A stretch of 64,000 nucleotides of DNA from Squalus acanthias (lineage: Eukaryota). Under the pieces are notes generated by a model. It had not been told where the DNA came from. It did not search any database and worked only from the letters and a program-made list of their open reading frames with translations. The stretch spans positions 144,276,001-144,340,000 of the forward strand of contig CM059432.1 in NCBI GenBank assembly GCA_030390025.1. The letters run 5' to 3'. The position numbers and the translations under genes were made by a program. The stretch's first letter is position 1. Each line of letters begins with the position of its first letter. This document shows, piece by piece, positions 12,001-27,000 of the stretch.

Positions 12001-15000
12001 CAGTGGGGAAATCCCCAAGTCTCTCACTTAATGAAAGGATGTTGTGCCGGGATTATTTATAAATCTTTGAACTGGAGCCACTGTCTATTGCTTCATAATC
12101 CAGCTCTGCTTCCAGTATTGGTTTCAGTGAGAAGGGTCTATTGAATCCGTCCTGTAGTAAGTGATGATAGAACTCTTCTTAGCTTTCTCTCAGATTTGTA
12201 TTCAAAGTGTAGAAAGAAGAGACTTTAGTCAAAAAAAAACATCAATTTGTCTTTTTTAACAACAGTAAAATCATTAGATTAAAAGACATCAGAAGTATTT
12301 TTGTTTTAGCTTAAAAGAAAACTTAATTGAAGTGGACCTTTTAAAATAGATTAATTAATGGAAGAACTGGGATTGGAAGAATTATCTGTTGACATACAGC
12401 TGGTTTCAGACAGCACACACACAGGTAAGGAAGATTAGAGTTAATGGCATCAAGATAAAGAGTTATCTAAACAAAAGGGCCGTGCAAAGTTTCTCAGTGT
12501 GCTGACTTAGATAATCAGCAGCAGTCTCCAGAAGTTGCTGATAATTTTTCAAATCTCCCTTCTGTAGTCTATATTCAAGAGCACATCAGAAAATTCTACA
12601 GCCTTGTCTCTGAAGGGATCTGATTCTGACCACTAACAACACAAGTTGTATACTGCACGGGGCATTTAATTGCCCCCGGGAGCAAACCCAAAGGGTGAGG
12701 AAGTACCTGTGGGGATTGCAAGGCTATGGTTTCTGTGGTGTGCTGAGAATGGTCAGATTTAGGACAGGATCGGGTGGTGTGGAGAAGCAGGTCCCTCTCC
12801 AGTGCTCATAAATCGGGGAGAGTAGCATCTGGGGAGCTCGTACAGCATGTTCGGTCTGTAAATTTGAGTTGGTCCTCCAGTATTTCACTGCAGTTGATGG
12901 TTTGTCTCTGATTTTATTCTCCGTTCTTCCTTTCTTCGCTGAGCATACAGATTTTGCACCCGGGCTTTCTGTGGCGTCTGCCAACATATAGCTGAATGTA
13001 ATGGGGTGACGTGTGTTTAAAGGTGTCTTTTGGATTGAGGAAGTCTAGTTCTTGGGATGTAGAGGGGTAGCGTTCCTCTGTTTTCAACCATTTTATCTCT
13101 TACCTTTTATTTCTGCTCTCCACAGATATCCCTGCTGCTTTGCTTTGTGTTGATGTTTGGAAATGCCATGCTGTTAAGCTCCTATTATGCTGCATCTCTG
13201 GCAATTGTTTGGGTAAGTAGATTGTGTCCAGTGGAACTTAAATCTTTATCCAGTTTAAATTGTAGGTTTTAAGCACCAAATTAAATCTTGCTTTCTTTTC
13301 AAAGTATTTTGCCTGCTCTCCATGTACGGCAGCCACGATAATGATGAGGGAACTTGCTCCCAGGCCTTTTTCACTAGGGCATGTCTGTCTCTCCCACTTT
13401 CCCTCTCTCTCCGTGGGGAGGGCCTTGCTAGTCACTGTGATGTAATGCTTTCTCCCCTGGGATGGCGTGGAAAACCCTTCCTGTCACACTCAAGAGAATG
13501 GATTCTGCTGACACATTCAGGAAGTGGATTCAATTTCAGTTTTGCATCCCCACAGCAACAGTGATCTCGGCTCCCCTGCATTCCCCTCGGTCAAGGGCCC
13601 AAATAGGGATATGTGTGCCCCACTTTGCTCTGCACCCCCCAGGCCCCGCCCCTCCCTTCTCTTGGGCCCCACAATTTCGGCAGACCCAGCCCAATGTCTA
13701 CCGGCCCTACTCGCTGGCGAGCAAGTAGCCCCCCCACAACATGTGGGCTAGCATGGCTGTCAGAACTAGCTCAAAGAAGGTGCATGGCCCACAGTGTAGA
13801 GTGCAGTCCTCTGCACAGCAAACCTGGAAGTGCTTGTGGGATATAACCCAATCCAAACAAGTGATGTTTGGCCCCACCTGGAACTGAAGAAATACCAAGC
13901 AGCCAGGGCCCATTTTTGGAGGATCACTTGGTTGAATCTCCCTCCAAAATCCAAGCCTCCACCCAGGAGCAGAAAGTAAAGCAGTAACAGTGACCCTAGC
14001 CAGGAGGGCCACTCACAGGCCAGCCTCTCACCCAGCACAATCGCTGAGTCCTTAAACCCCCCCATTACTCTGGGGAAAGCACACTATGGCAAGATGCGTC
14101 ATCGATGTAATCCTCCCACAAGCACTGTGTAATCAAAATATACAGTGGCTTCAAAACCGTGCATGTAACCTCTTGAAAATACAATACTGTCAGAGATTGA
14201 GCTAGTCACATACAATCATAGGATAGTATAGTACAGAAGGGGAGGCCATTTGGCCCATCGAGTCTGCGCTGGCATCGATGACAGAACTGAAATAAAAACA
14301 GAAAATGCTGGAAATACTCACCAGGTCAGGCAGCATCTGTGGAGAGAGAAACAGAGTTAACGTTTCAGGTCGATGACCTTTCGTCAGTATTTTGCTTTTG
14401 TATTAGTGTTTAATTCACTACCACTTCTCTTGGAATGCCCACCTTGAAGAAGTTCTGCTCTTCTCTCTGACGGGATTTCCGTTTGTTTCTTTTACCTTGA
14501 ACATCTTCAATGCTTTCTGTTTCCCTACCATTACCATCTCCTTTTGCTTTGTACAATCATACCTTTTGTCATTTAATCACTCCTGCCTTCCATCCTATCA
14601 CAGACCTTCCCTTTTGTTCTTTCCACCTCCCCCCCCCCCACCCCCCCACTTCCCTGCCTCTGCACTTGCTTAAAATCTGTTACATCTCGAACTTTTTCCA
14701 GTTCTGACAAAGTCACCGATCTGAAACGTTAACTCTGTTTCTCTCTCCACGGATGCTTCCTGACCTGCTGAGTATTTCCAGCATTTTCTGTTTTAATTTG
14801 ATTTCCAGCATCCGCAGTATTTTGCTTTTGTATGACAGAACTGTACTGGTCTCTGGAGGGTAGGGTTTTGATTCACTGAGAAATGAGCCTTTGGAGCCAG
14901 TTTTCAGCCAATCCAAAGGGTGTTTATTTAGCACTGGGGCCCCCAGCTCCCATGTGGAGGGTGGCTGAAGCAGAATTAATAGTTAAATGTGGAAATAAAA

Positions 15001-18000
15001 CAGTGAAAAATGGAGAATAACTGTTGGTTAGAAATTAAGGGGAAGTTTTTATTTAAAATAACAAAAGCTAGGTGCTTGGCAAAGGTACATAGGAAAGGAC
15101 ACCCCTCCCCAGAAGAAAAGACTGGATTATTCAGTAAAGAATAGTTAGGTGACTCCAAACTTGGGGTTTTAAAGCGTGCAGGTTGGAGGAGGAAGGAAAG
15201 ACTGAGGGAGATGAGGAGTTGGACAGTTTTAAGGTGCTGGGAAAGAATGAGTTAGAGTAGGAGACAGCAAAGTATGGAAAAGTTAGGTTTTGGTTTGTAA
15301 TCCTACCCTCACAGAAATAAAATGCCATCCAATATTCAGTTGCTAGTAGCCTGTGATGATCATTGATAACAATAATTTTTCCCTCCCCTCAGGGAATAGT
15401 TGCTTTCAGATCACGTATTTCAGCATATTGGCCACAGCGTATTGTTTATTCATGGGTAAGTTGCATTTTCTACAGACACGCATGACGTAATATTTTTAAA
15501 TATGTTAACCTGTAGCAACATAATGTGAAACTCCCCAGACTCGGTCTTCAGAGCGTAAAAATGTGGCGGGTTGTATCTACGTTCATAGGTCACAAAACAT
15601 GCTGATTTCTGAAATTTCACACAAAATATACTAGCTGGCTCCAATTTCAAATTCACTGAAAAGCAATGAATCAATAAACACTTAAAGAAAAATTCAATTT
15701 GCGAAAAAAGAACCAATGACAAAACTCTTTCACAATGTTGAGTCCTTTCTTGAGACGAATCGATCCTGTGGCTGGGCTGGTGTGGTAGATGGATATTATT
15801 GTGAATAATTGTCGGGTAATGCATATTAGGAACCGTAAGAGTGTAGTGTGTGAAAGACCCTACACTGGCAGAGGATTTGGAGTTGACCATGCCTTGAAAA
15901 CAGCTGGCCAGTGTGAAGCAATTAACAGTATCCTGCTCCCGCTCCCTCCCTCTCTCTCTCTCCATCCCATTTTGCTCCAACATCTTTGGCCTGCTCCTCA
16001 TGCTGGTCTAGTGGGTCTTGTCCATTCCCTGTGCTGCTCCAGGGGTGCAAAGCCCACTCTCGCCTGCCCACTGTGTTAATTCAATGGCTCTAGCCCACTT
16101 CCTCCTGCTGTCTAGGTTCCATCAGGGGCCCACTCCCTTCCCATCCCTGCAGGCACTCCATGTCAAGCTGACGAGGAGAGCCTGTTGCAGAGAATAGGAA
16201 ACAGAAGGGAAAAGTTAGAACTTGAGCTGTGCTCAAAACCATGCATTTTGTCCATTAACATTGCTGTAAGAGATGAAATTAATATTAAAATGAAAATGCC
16301 CATTCCAGCTACCATATCTTCAAATGGTTACAGCACAGAAGGAGGCCGTTCGGCCCGTCGAGCCCGTGCCGGCTCTCTGCAAGAGCACTTCAGTTAGTCC
16401 CACTCCCCCGCCCTTTCCCCGTAGCCCTGCAAAAAATTTTCCGTCAGGTACTTCTCCAATTCCCTTTTGAAAGCCACGATTGAATCTGCCTCACCACCCT
16501 CAATTCCAGATCCTAACCACTCGCTGTGTAAAGTTTTTCCTCATGTCACCTTTGGTTCTTCTGCCAATCACCTTAAATCTGTGTCCTCTGGTTCTCGATC
16601 CTTCTGCCAGTGGGAACAGTTTCTCTCTATCTACTCTGTCTAGACCCCTCATGATATGACCCGCCATGCATCAGCAGGGCATGCATGCGCACAGGCCCTC
16701 AGGCTAATCAGCAGCAGCAATATGGAAGATATGCAAATATTTTAATGAAATGGAACATTATTGTAATTCTGATTTCAAATTGCACAAGCCATCAAAATGC
16801 CATTCAGCTACATTAATACGTATCTATTGGGAATTTCAAAGAGCAGAACCCCTGTAATGAGCTGTGGATTTTACAGGAGCTTATTCCCATCATCAGTTGG
16901 CTGTAAAATTGCAGGTCACCATAGACTGTTTATAACTGGCTTTGTTTTGGTCAACTCTTATCAAATTCAGTGGTGTTGTTGCACATCAGGCCTTTACAGG
17001 AATTGAAGTTTCCTTGATGTTGCTTCCCGTTGGTTTGTTGGTGGAGTGAATAAGTGTCCATTGTCCATTCCTATGTTCCTAACCCAGGAGAGTTGACACT
17101 GATGGATGGTTTCTTATAACTGGAAGCCAATGTTTTGGCTGGTGATTGAGAGATTAATTGCAGGGATAATTTAATAATTGGCCAGAATTCCAGCTTCTCT
17201 AAGAATCCTGTTGTACGGCAGATTTGTAAGGAATCAGGCACTAATTGGATGTTAAAAGGAAGGAAAATTGTTCAAAATGCTGGTACTTTTTATACAAAAA
17301 AGAAAGACTTGCATTTATATAGCGCCTTTCACGACCTCTGGACGTCATAAAGCGCTTTACAACCAATGAAGTACTTTTGGAGTGTAGCCACTGTTGTAAT
17401 GTAGGAAACCCAGCAGCCAATTTGCGCACAGCAAGCTCCCACAAACAGCAATGTGATAATGACCAGATAATCTGTTTTAGTGATGTAGGTTGAGGGATAA
17501 ATATTAGCCAGGACACCGGGGTGGAGCTCCCCTGCTTTTCTTTGAATAGTGCCATGGGATCTTTTACGTCCACCTGAGAGAGTAGACGATGCCTTGGTTT
17601 AACATCTCATCCAAAAGACAGCACCTCCGACAGTGCAGGCTGACACCAACAACAAAATTATACCGTGACCAGGAATTTTGAATTTTTACTTAAAAGAATT
17701 TACAGCACAGAAGGGAGCCATTGGGCCAATTGCCCCTGTTGACAGCTACTCATCCTATTTGCCTGCCCTTGTATGCCTATTCAAATATTGATCCAGTCCT
17801 CTCTGGAATGTTGTTATAGTCCCTAACTCAGTAGCTTCCCATGGTAGGGCCATTCCATGATCGAATAACACACTGTGGGGGGGGAAAAAATCTTCTAATT
17901 TTCTATTTTGTTCTTCTAGTAATGCTCCTCAGTCTGCCCCTTCTTACCGATTTACCATCCAGTGGGAACAATCTTTTAGTGTTTACCCTCTCAAAACTTT

Positions 18001-21000
18001 GGATAATTTTGAAAAGTCCTATTACCACCTTCTATCCCTGCTAGGCCACTCTGCTGAAGGGAGCCTGTGGCGTGGTTACCAGCAGCCTTCAGACCAGACC
18101 AGTGCCTCAGTCCTCTCTCCCACGCACACTTTCAATGGAATATCTCCATGAAGTGTAGTCACTGTTGTAATGTAGGAAACGCGGCAGCCAATTTGCACAC
18201 AGCATGATCCCACAAACAGCAGTGATATCATTTAGCAGTTAAACTGTTTTAGTGATGAGGGTTGAAGAAGAAATGTTGGTCAGGACACTGGGAGAGCTCC
18301 TCTGTTAATCTTTCAGTAGTGCCATGGGATCTTTTTACATGCGCTTGAACAGGCAGATGGGGCCTTGGTTTAACGTCTCATCCGAAAGTCAGTGCAGCAC
18401 TCCTTTAGTACTGCACAGAAGTGTCAGCCTAGATTATGTGCTCAAGTCTCTGGAGTGGGGCTTGATCCCACGACCCTCTGACTCAGAGGTGAGAGTCCTG
18501 ACACCTTAGGCCACAGTTGGAATATTGTGTGCTGTTCTTGATGCCTCATTATGGGAAGAATATTGGAAACTTGGGAAAGGGTGCAGTGGGTTAGGGTAAG
18601 GCTGGAAAGATGGGTTATAATTATGAAGAAAGGCTTGAAAAATTGGGGCTTTCTTTTTACTTGGATATAGAGGATTAAGCAGATACTTAATAAAGGTTTA
18701 GATTGTTTGCTTTGATAAATTGGGAGCAGGGTGGGCACAGTCTGAGGATTATCACTAGATAGGCAAAGAAGGAAATTAGAAGAAACTTTTTCACACAGGA
18801 TTATTGGAACACGGAATACTTTATTACAAGTGGCTGTTGAGGAAGACACTATAACAGCATTTAAAGGAAATCTGAAATATTTGAAAATGAGGAATATAAA
18901 AGGATATGGGGAAAGAGTAGAGAAAAGAGAGACTATATAGGTACAATTGAAGAGCTAGTACTGGCACAATGGGCTTAATGGCCTCTTCCTGTGCTGTCAC
19001 TTCTGTTTATTCTAGGACACACAGGTCTTGATAGATGAATTTCCTTTCAATGGAGAGCACGTTGAATTTTAGATGGAGGGACTGCTGACGTAAGCAGAAT
19101 TAGCAATAGTGTTATATATCTGTTTTTGTTTCAGATTAATTTTGGATCTGGAAAAGCCATAATATTATACTTTGGAATAACCATGCTATTATTTATGAGG
19201 ATACTGCTAGTTTGTTTCCATTTATTCTTTGCTCTTTCATTCTGGGATTGTAATGTCTGTCTATATTAGAATCAAACAAATAGTGATGCTCTAACTGAGA
19301 TTTGCAATTTATATTTATTGTGAAAGTGGAATGCAGTTGTGCAAATATAAACCGTCCAATATATGTAAAATTTTTCAGGTGGCTAAAGGAACTGTCTGGC
19401 TCATTGGAACTATAATCCTCAAATTCGTGGCTTCTAGATTATTAGGAGTTACCGATGATGTAAGTATCTATTGTATGAAAGAAATAGCAAAAGTTGCACA
19501 AAGAAAGGATTCCGATTCACAATGCTGATTAGCCGACAGTATATGGGGGATGAATTTATGGAACTGGTTGATTGTGGGTCAGCACAGTTGGAGCTCCTAT
19601 TCGCTGTGAGAGTGGTTTGTGTTCTGTGTGATGACACTGCAATCTTAGTTGTGCTATTTGCTGGGAGACTCCAAGCAATTCCCAGCAGAGAGCTAAAATC
19701 AGAAACCCAGTCATTCTAGTCTGTTGCACACTTCCTAGTGATCAGTTATGGAGAGATGCAGGCAGATCCTTGGCTAGCAAAGGTACGTGGTGCAGAAGCT
19801 ACCAAGTTACGTTTTAATTTTCCTTCATCCTTCCCACCCAAATGAATATTCCATTGTCCAAGTGTAGAAAAGAATACACTGGAATGCTTGTTATTGAAAG
19901 AGTTTGGTGACGTAGAGGAGCAATATTGGCCATGTAATCTTCCCAAAGGTCTGCTGTACACGGGGCCTTGTTCTGGGAGCTTTGAGGGGTTAGTTCACCA
20001 ATCCTGTGCTCCCAGTGTGGGAGTAGTGCTCAGAGGGATTGCAGGTCTGAGAGCTGGGGCTGCAGTTTTGTAATCCTGCCACCAAGCTGTCCTCCCTTCC
20101 TCATTGGGAGTGCAGAATTTTGTGAGTTTACCAGAGACTCCTGTTGTTAGCAGTTATTTCTGTCGTCAAGTACACCTTGATCGTGTTCAGTCACATGTTC
20201 ATTGGCATTTGACACATTTTCCTTGTCAATTCTTTTATTGTTTGTAAGTTTTTTTTAAAAGTTTAGATTAACTGATGTTTTTTTTGAGTTGCAAAGATGA
20301 CCTTTGCACAATCACTAACATTGGCTTTCGGTCTTAAAATGCATTTTCTTCCAGGTCAATTGATGTCTGTATTCTTCTGATCGATTTGTTTCCCACATCA
20401 GTTCATTCTGAGCTTTGATCCATGTCGGTGCTCAGTTTCAAGACTGATGCTTTGTTGCCATAGGTCATTCCCAGTGAGCAAAATGCACAGCGTGCAGTGA
20501 GACAATGGAATGTTCTACCCATGTGTGACCTTGTTTCTCTTTGCTTCCAGGCGCACATAGGTAATCTACTGAAATCTAAATTCACCAACTACAAGGATTT
20601 TGACACCCTGATGTACACATGTGCTGTGGAGTTTGATTTCATGGAGATTGAGGTGATCTTTTATTTAAGAGTGTAAAATGTATTTATGTGCAATGGCAGT
20701 GAGCATTGGGATACTAATGCTTGGTGAACAGAGTGGAAGCATGCAAGTTGAATCCCTGCTCTGTTTGTATCCTGGCCTGAGTCTTGTTAAGCGAGGGAAT
20801 GCCAACTAGAAGTGTGCAAGGGCAAGTGATTATTGGCCTGCGTAGCAAAGCACCTCCAAGAAGCTAGTGAAAGGGTGGGTATTGATACAGTCCTGTGAGT
20901 AGCACTTGGCAGCCACTCTCTCAGCAGCAGTGGTGTTAGACTCGGCAGACTGAACAACAGGGGTGACTTATTAACCTCAGGAAAAATACCAACAAAAAGA

Positions 21001-24000
21001 GCCAAGAAAAGATGTAAAATAAATGCAAAACTTTTTTTTAACACATGATAGCCCAGAAACTACTGTAAACATTGTTTTTGTGCAAATGCTTAACACATTG
21101 GTACAAGATTCCTCTGTCTACTGGGGGTTAACCCATTTAAAATACAGGAAGGGTAGTTTGATACCAGCGTGTATATTCAGTCCCCACCACTTATGACTGC
21201 AAAGGGTCATCACCCGAGACAACATGCAGATTTAAGGTGATTGGCTAAAGAACCAGAGGCAACATGAGGAAAAACGTTTTTACGCAACGAGTGGTTAGGA
21301 TTTGGAATGCACTGCCTGATAGGGCGGTGGATACAGATTCAATAGTAGCCTTCAAAAGGGAATTGGATAAATACTTGAAGGAGAAAAAATTGCAGGGATA
21401 TGGGGAAAGAGCGGGGCGTGGGACTAACTGGATTGCTCCTTCCCTTTGGCTGTGCCCTTACTATCTATCTCCGAAGTTGTATCCCCTAACTCATTCCTTA
21501 ACCTTTTGTAGCCTCAGATGTCCACTGAGTTTTGTGGCTTTTCTATTTGACCGCTGTGATTTGCCACAAGTTAAATTTTGAAAAGCCGAGATGTGTTTCC
21601 TCCACCCCTGCCATGTTTGATAAACCTTAGCTATCCATGGCCAGTGAGGAAGCTCTCTTTATTTATCATCATCAAAATTCTTAAGTAATGTTCCAAGTAA
21701 CACAAGTATGGAAAAATTCCTCTCGGAGGAAAGAACTGCCTGAAAAGAGTGGTATTATTGAGACAGAGTGCATGCTACATGAGGATTACTACACAATAAG
21801 TGGACTGAATAAAGTTTATCCACCAGCAAATAGTGCAGAGTCAATCTGATGTAGGACAACTGGAGTCTGTAAGGAGAGCACTTTCACTGATGTGTAATGT
21901 GCAGATTGCCGTGGCCTGTTTTTGATGCTCTTGAGGAAAGAGTGTGCTCTCCTGCATAGGCTCATCTGACTTTGTATTGAAGGAATTCCTTAGGATCACC
22001 CAGGAGAACTGCAAAGTTATAGAAAAGCGCAATTCTCATGGGCTTCTTTATAATTAAAGAAAAAAAGGTGGAAACTCAGCTTGCTGAAAGAATTTGAGAT
22101 GCTGGAACTCTGAGATGTCAGAAAAACCTAAACATTGTTCCCAGGAAAGGGCCTCAAGGGATCCTGAAGTGTTTAGCCACCATATCTGAGGTAAACCAGA
22201 AATCTTCTGGAGGAAAAAAAGTTCTATATGTCTGCGTTTAAGAGATCTAGGGTAGGAAGGATGTACTTGCCTTAGAGAGGATGCAACTACTAGATTGATC
22301 CCTGGGATGAGAGGGTTGTCCTATGAGGAGAGATTGAGTAGATTGGGCTTATACTCTTGAGTTTTGAAGAATGAGAGGTGATCTCATTGAAACATATAGA
22401 ATTCTTAGAAGGCTTGACAGGGTAGATGCTGAGAGACTGCTTCCCCTGGCTGGAGAGTCTAGAACTAGGGGGGTTTCGTCTCAGGATAAGGGGTCGGCCA
22501 TTTACGACTGATGAGAAATTTCTTCCCTCAGGGTTGTGAATCTTTTGAAATTCTCTACCCCAGAGGGCTGTGGATACTCAGTTGATGAATATATTCGAGA
22601 CTGAGATTGATGGATTTTTGGGCACTAAGGGAATCGAGGGATTTGGGGATAGTGTGGGAAAGTGGAGTTGAGGTAGAAGATCAGCCATGATCTTATTGAA
22701 TGCGGAGCAGGCTTGAGGGACCGAATGGCCGACTCCTGCTCCTATTTCTTGTGGTTATTATGAAACTGGCAAGGCAGTCCGGGGAGGGGAAGCTTAACCC
22801 TGGTATGCTCCCCTTTCATTCTCTTCTGCACTTATTACCTATCTATGAATAAGAAGAAGAATCCAAAGAGTACATACTGTGGATTGCCCGACAAGGGCTG
22901 GGATTCTGGGCAGGTTTCTACCTCATCCAACTTGCCTGTAAATTCCAGTCAGGTGGAAACTGGCGATTCCTTTGCCTGAGCCCCCATGTCCAGGGGGCTT
23001 GTTTGGAGGAGCTCCTGGGATTGCCGCTCATTGTGCCCTTGTAATGTCTTAGCGGAACTGTTACTAACAGAAAGCTGGCGTGAGTTCCATTGAGGTCCTT
23101 GGAATTGCCCCTGAACTTGCCAGGGCTACAGTCATCGAGCCTAGGGGGATCGATTGGGACAGGTAGGAGTGACACCAAATGAGGGCAAAGTAGAGATAAG
23201 TAGTGATACAAAGTAGAGATAAGGAAGGGAATGATCCCACAGGCATTCCCTTTGAAGCAGCGCCTCGATTTCAAAATTCTCATCCTTGTTTTCAAATCCC
23301 TCCATGGCCTCGCCCCTTCCTATCTCTGTAATCTCCTTCAGCCCCACAACCCCCCGAGATATCTACGCTCCTCTAATTCTGCCCTCTTGGTGATCCCTGA
23401 TTATAATCGCTCAACCTTTGGTGGCCGTGCCTTCTGTTGCCTAGGCCCTAAGCTCTGGAATTCCCTCCCTAAACCTCTCTGCCTCGCTACCTCTCTTTCC
23501 TCCTTTAAGACGCTCCTTAAAACCTACCTTTTTGACCAAGCTTTTGGTCACCTGCCCTAATTTATCCTTCTGTGTTAAAATACTCCTGTGCAGTGCCTTG
23601 GGACGTTTTACTATGTTAAAGGCGCTATATAAATACAAGTAGTTGTTGTTGTTGATTCTGATGGTTCTTTGGGCAAGTGGCTCGTTCATGGTATGAAGAC
23701 AAGTCAGTCACCTTACAACCATGGATTGAGAGTCCTACAATATTGCGTTATGTGCAATCTTTACTTTATTGAAGTCTTAAGCCAAGCTCCATCAAGTGTT
23801 TGCTTGACATTCATTTTATTCTTTCAACCTATTATGGATGGGAATCTGTAGGGCAGCATTCCCTGATGTCAAGGGTAAGGAAAGGGACCTGGAAAATCAG
23901 GTCGTCTTCTGACATTAAGAAGCAAGCTTTGTGAAAAGTGTAAAATTTTAATTGTTTACAATTGTCACAATGAATAGTTTGAACTGATTTCTGCTCCTTC

Positions 24001-27000
24001 TTGCCAACATCACTTAATGTTCTCTGTAACGTTATGTTCCTTTTTAAGTCATTTCATCTTGTAACCTTATGTCTGCTAAGCTTGGAAATTTGTACCAGGA
24101 ACAGTGCTTATCCTGGTGGGTATTGTGCACTGGGGAACGCTTCTATCGTCTCTGGGTTAATGCCCATCCTGCAGACCTTGAAACTAACGGCCTTACTGAC
24201 TGTAATCAAGTCTCAAAACATTGTCCTCTCCTAACATTGCACTCTCTTGGCACCAATTTGTACACACTCGGGACTTTCCAGGCTCCACTGAAACAGTCAT
24301 GTGTTGAGCCTCAGACTCCTATTCCAATTTTCCAGTTGTGATTTCGAGTATTTGGGCGTTGCTGATTCAATTTAGATGCATTGTTTCTCCTCTTTGATGC
24401 AAGATGGTTTCTCTGCCTCTACTGAAGATTGGGTTCTTGTGCAGCGTGGGACTGTGGGTAAATCAGGTGGCTCTCTCAAAGTTAAGTAAAGCTTTAAAGG
24501 GATCCTGTGTCTCCCAATTTGACTAATGGGCCTAAGCTGATGTATATGATGGATCCCTCTGACGCTGTAGTCTAACTCTGATCAGTTAGCCTATTCAGGC
24601 TTTCTGAGTAATTGAGTGACCTAACATTTCCAAATTGTTAATTCATATTCTGGCCAGTAATACCTGAAATATTCTAAAACAGTAATTGGGTTTAAAAGTT
24701 CTTTAATGGAATTTGCCTTGGTTTTTAATCTTTCTTGCGTAAGCCAGCCAAGAAGGGCCTTTGCTGCAAAAGTCTCGAGGGGTAATTCTGTAAGTCTTAC
24801 CTGCTGGCAGCACGGGCACTGAACGTTATCCTGGCTTTTCCTAGCTGGTCTATTTAGTGGAAAGAAATAACTATTGTTAATCTGCCTTTTGTTTCTTGCT
24901 TTCAGACTCCTATGAGATACACAAAAACCCTACTACTTCCAGTCACCGCCTGCGTTTTTTCTGTTATAGTTTCAAAGGTAAGTCCTATCATTTTAGTTAA
25001 GACTTTTGATCGACTCTGAATGAGATATTTGCCCTTCTTTCCATGCATGCTAACGTATGTAAAAAAAAAAAAAACAACTCCACACTAATGACCCAGTTGT
25101 CAGTGATATTCCCCCTGTAAAATGTTCCCGAATCAGGAGGTAGTGTAATCGCTTTCTTTAAAGTGGGTCTGAAAGCGATGATTAGAAAAATACATTTTAA
25201 AAATAAATGTTTTTTTATTAATTAACTTGCATCTGTATAGGGTGGGGCACTAAATTATAACTCCATCATATTCCTTATACAGTTTTATTTCTCACATTTA
25301 ACAATGATATTCCTATGATGAGACAAACCCTAGTTTAAATGTTGTTGTTGTGGCAGCACGTTACAAGCACTTGGCTTCAGGTAGCTACCTCGTACACGTC
25401 CTTGCCTCTGTTCTAAACAGGCAATGAGCAGCTCACTGCCCCAGAACATTGGCAGGTACAGGTACGGATTGTTAAAGGTTATCAGTGAATGATTGATTGG
25501 TGGTGAAGGTGGCAGAGGCAATGGCATTGAGTGGTGCAGACCAGGCCAAGATGAGGGGAGCACCAGCCAGATCATTTTAATATGTGGAGGTCTGACTTTT
25601 AGTGTATGCGTGTCCAGATTTTTGCACAAAGTATTGTCAACACTCTCAAACCTAGTGCAATTTGGAATGGTTTAGTGTTTTCCAGTTAATATGAAAATCT
25701 TTAGTAAAAAAGGGTTTTGTTACAGTAAATAAGGAGAAACTGTTTCGAGTGGCAGAAGGGACGGCAACCAGAGGATTTAAGGTAATTGGCAAACGAATCA
25801 GAGGCAACATGAGGGAACAAAAAATTTGCGCAGTGAGTTATGATCTGGAGTGCACTGCCTGAAAGGGTGGTGAAAGCAAATTTAATAGTAATTTTCAAAA
25901 GGGAATTGGATAAATACATGTAAAGGAAAAAAATTGCTGGGCTATGGGAAAAGAACAGGAGGCTGGGGGTGACTAATTGGATCGCTCTTTCAAAGAGCCG
26001 GCACAGGCATGATGGGCCGAATGGCCTCCTTCTGTGCTGTATCATTCTGTTCTATTCTATGATCAACTTTGAACCCTAGATGTCATTCTCACATGGTGAT
26101 CAATGCCAGGCTGAGGACAGGTTTATTGTTTCACCAGATGCTATCTAGTTATTAAGATACAGTTTAACGTATGATCTTGGATAAAGGCACTGCATCACTT
26201 GTTAAACCTTCACGCACATAGTAATTGCTGTCGTGAGGAGCACAGAAGCAGAATAACTTAGGGCCACTGTGGTTTGCATCTTATTTGAATGATCTTCCAC
26301 CAGCCTTCATTCCGAGCTGCACCTCTAGTCCTGTTGTCCTGTCACCAGTTTTAGTTCTACTTGTTCATACATTATAGAGAAAGCTCTTTTTCACTTTTGT
26401 TCAGTTTTATTTTACTTTTCTGGGACTAGCAAATGTTCCTTCATTGGCCTGAAGGACGTATCATTCTCACAGCACTGGAACTGCTGTAATAAGTGAATGT
26501 ACTGAGTAACGGTTGCAATTGAATTTCACCTACTTTATTTCCCTTTCTGTAGATAAACTTAATAAAGCACGTCATAGTACCCCACAATACGGGACTAACT
26601 AATGAGCGAGCTTTCCCTTGCGAGACTGAACTGGATTGATGACATCTTCCTGTGTGTTCAGGAAGTGGAGGGCTGTTCCCATGATTACTTCCCCATTCCA
26701 GGATTTGTCCGTAGGCTGTCAATATAGCAGGCTACCTTTTCTTTCTCTCCTTTCTCTTTCTCTCTTTCTCTCTCTCGTCACAAAGTAATCACATCTATTT
26801 ATAATATGTGTGTATATTTAAAATATTTAACATTTTCAGATAACCATCCAGATGGATTGTGGTTACTTAAAATAATTTATTCACTATTAAAGAGAACCCG
26901 TCGCTTAATTTTATTACAGATTTATTGATTTTAATTCTTCAGGTTCAGTTTTTCTGAATAGAAAAGCTGAAATTAACCTGTAGCTTAGTCGATAAGATGA

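Noticed and set aside
19135..19270. Possible extra hydrophobic exon after a good acceptor (tgtttcag|ATTAAT..)
   Set aside because: Exons d and e already join in frame with no missing DPY19L1 sequence; there is no clear donor and the frame reaches a stop.
20551..20570. Cryptic donor ATAG|GTAATC 10 nt into exon f (the true donor gtgatc is weak)
   Set aside because: Its use would frameshift and remove highly conserved residues; there is no transcript evidence.
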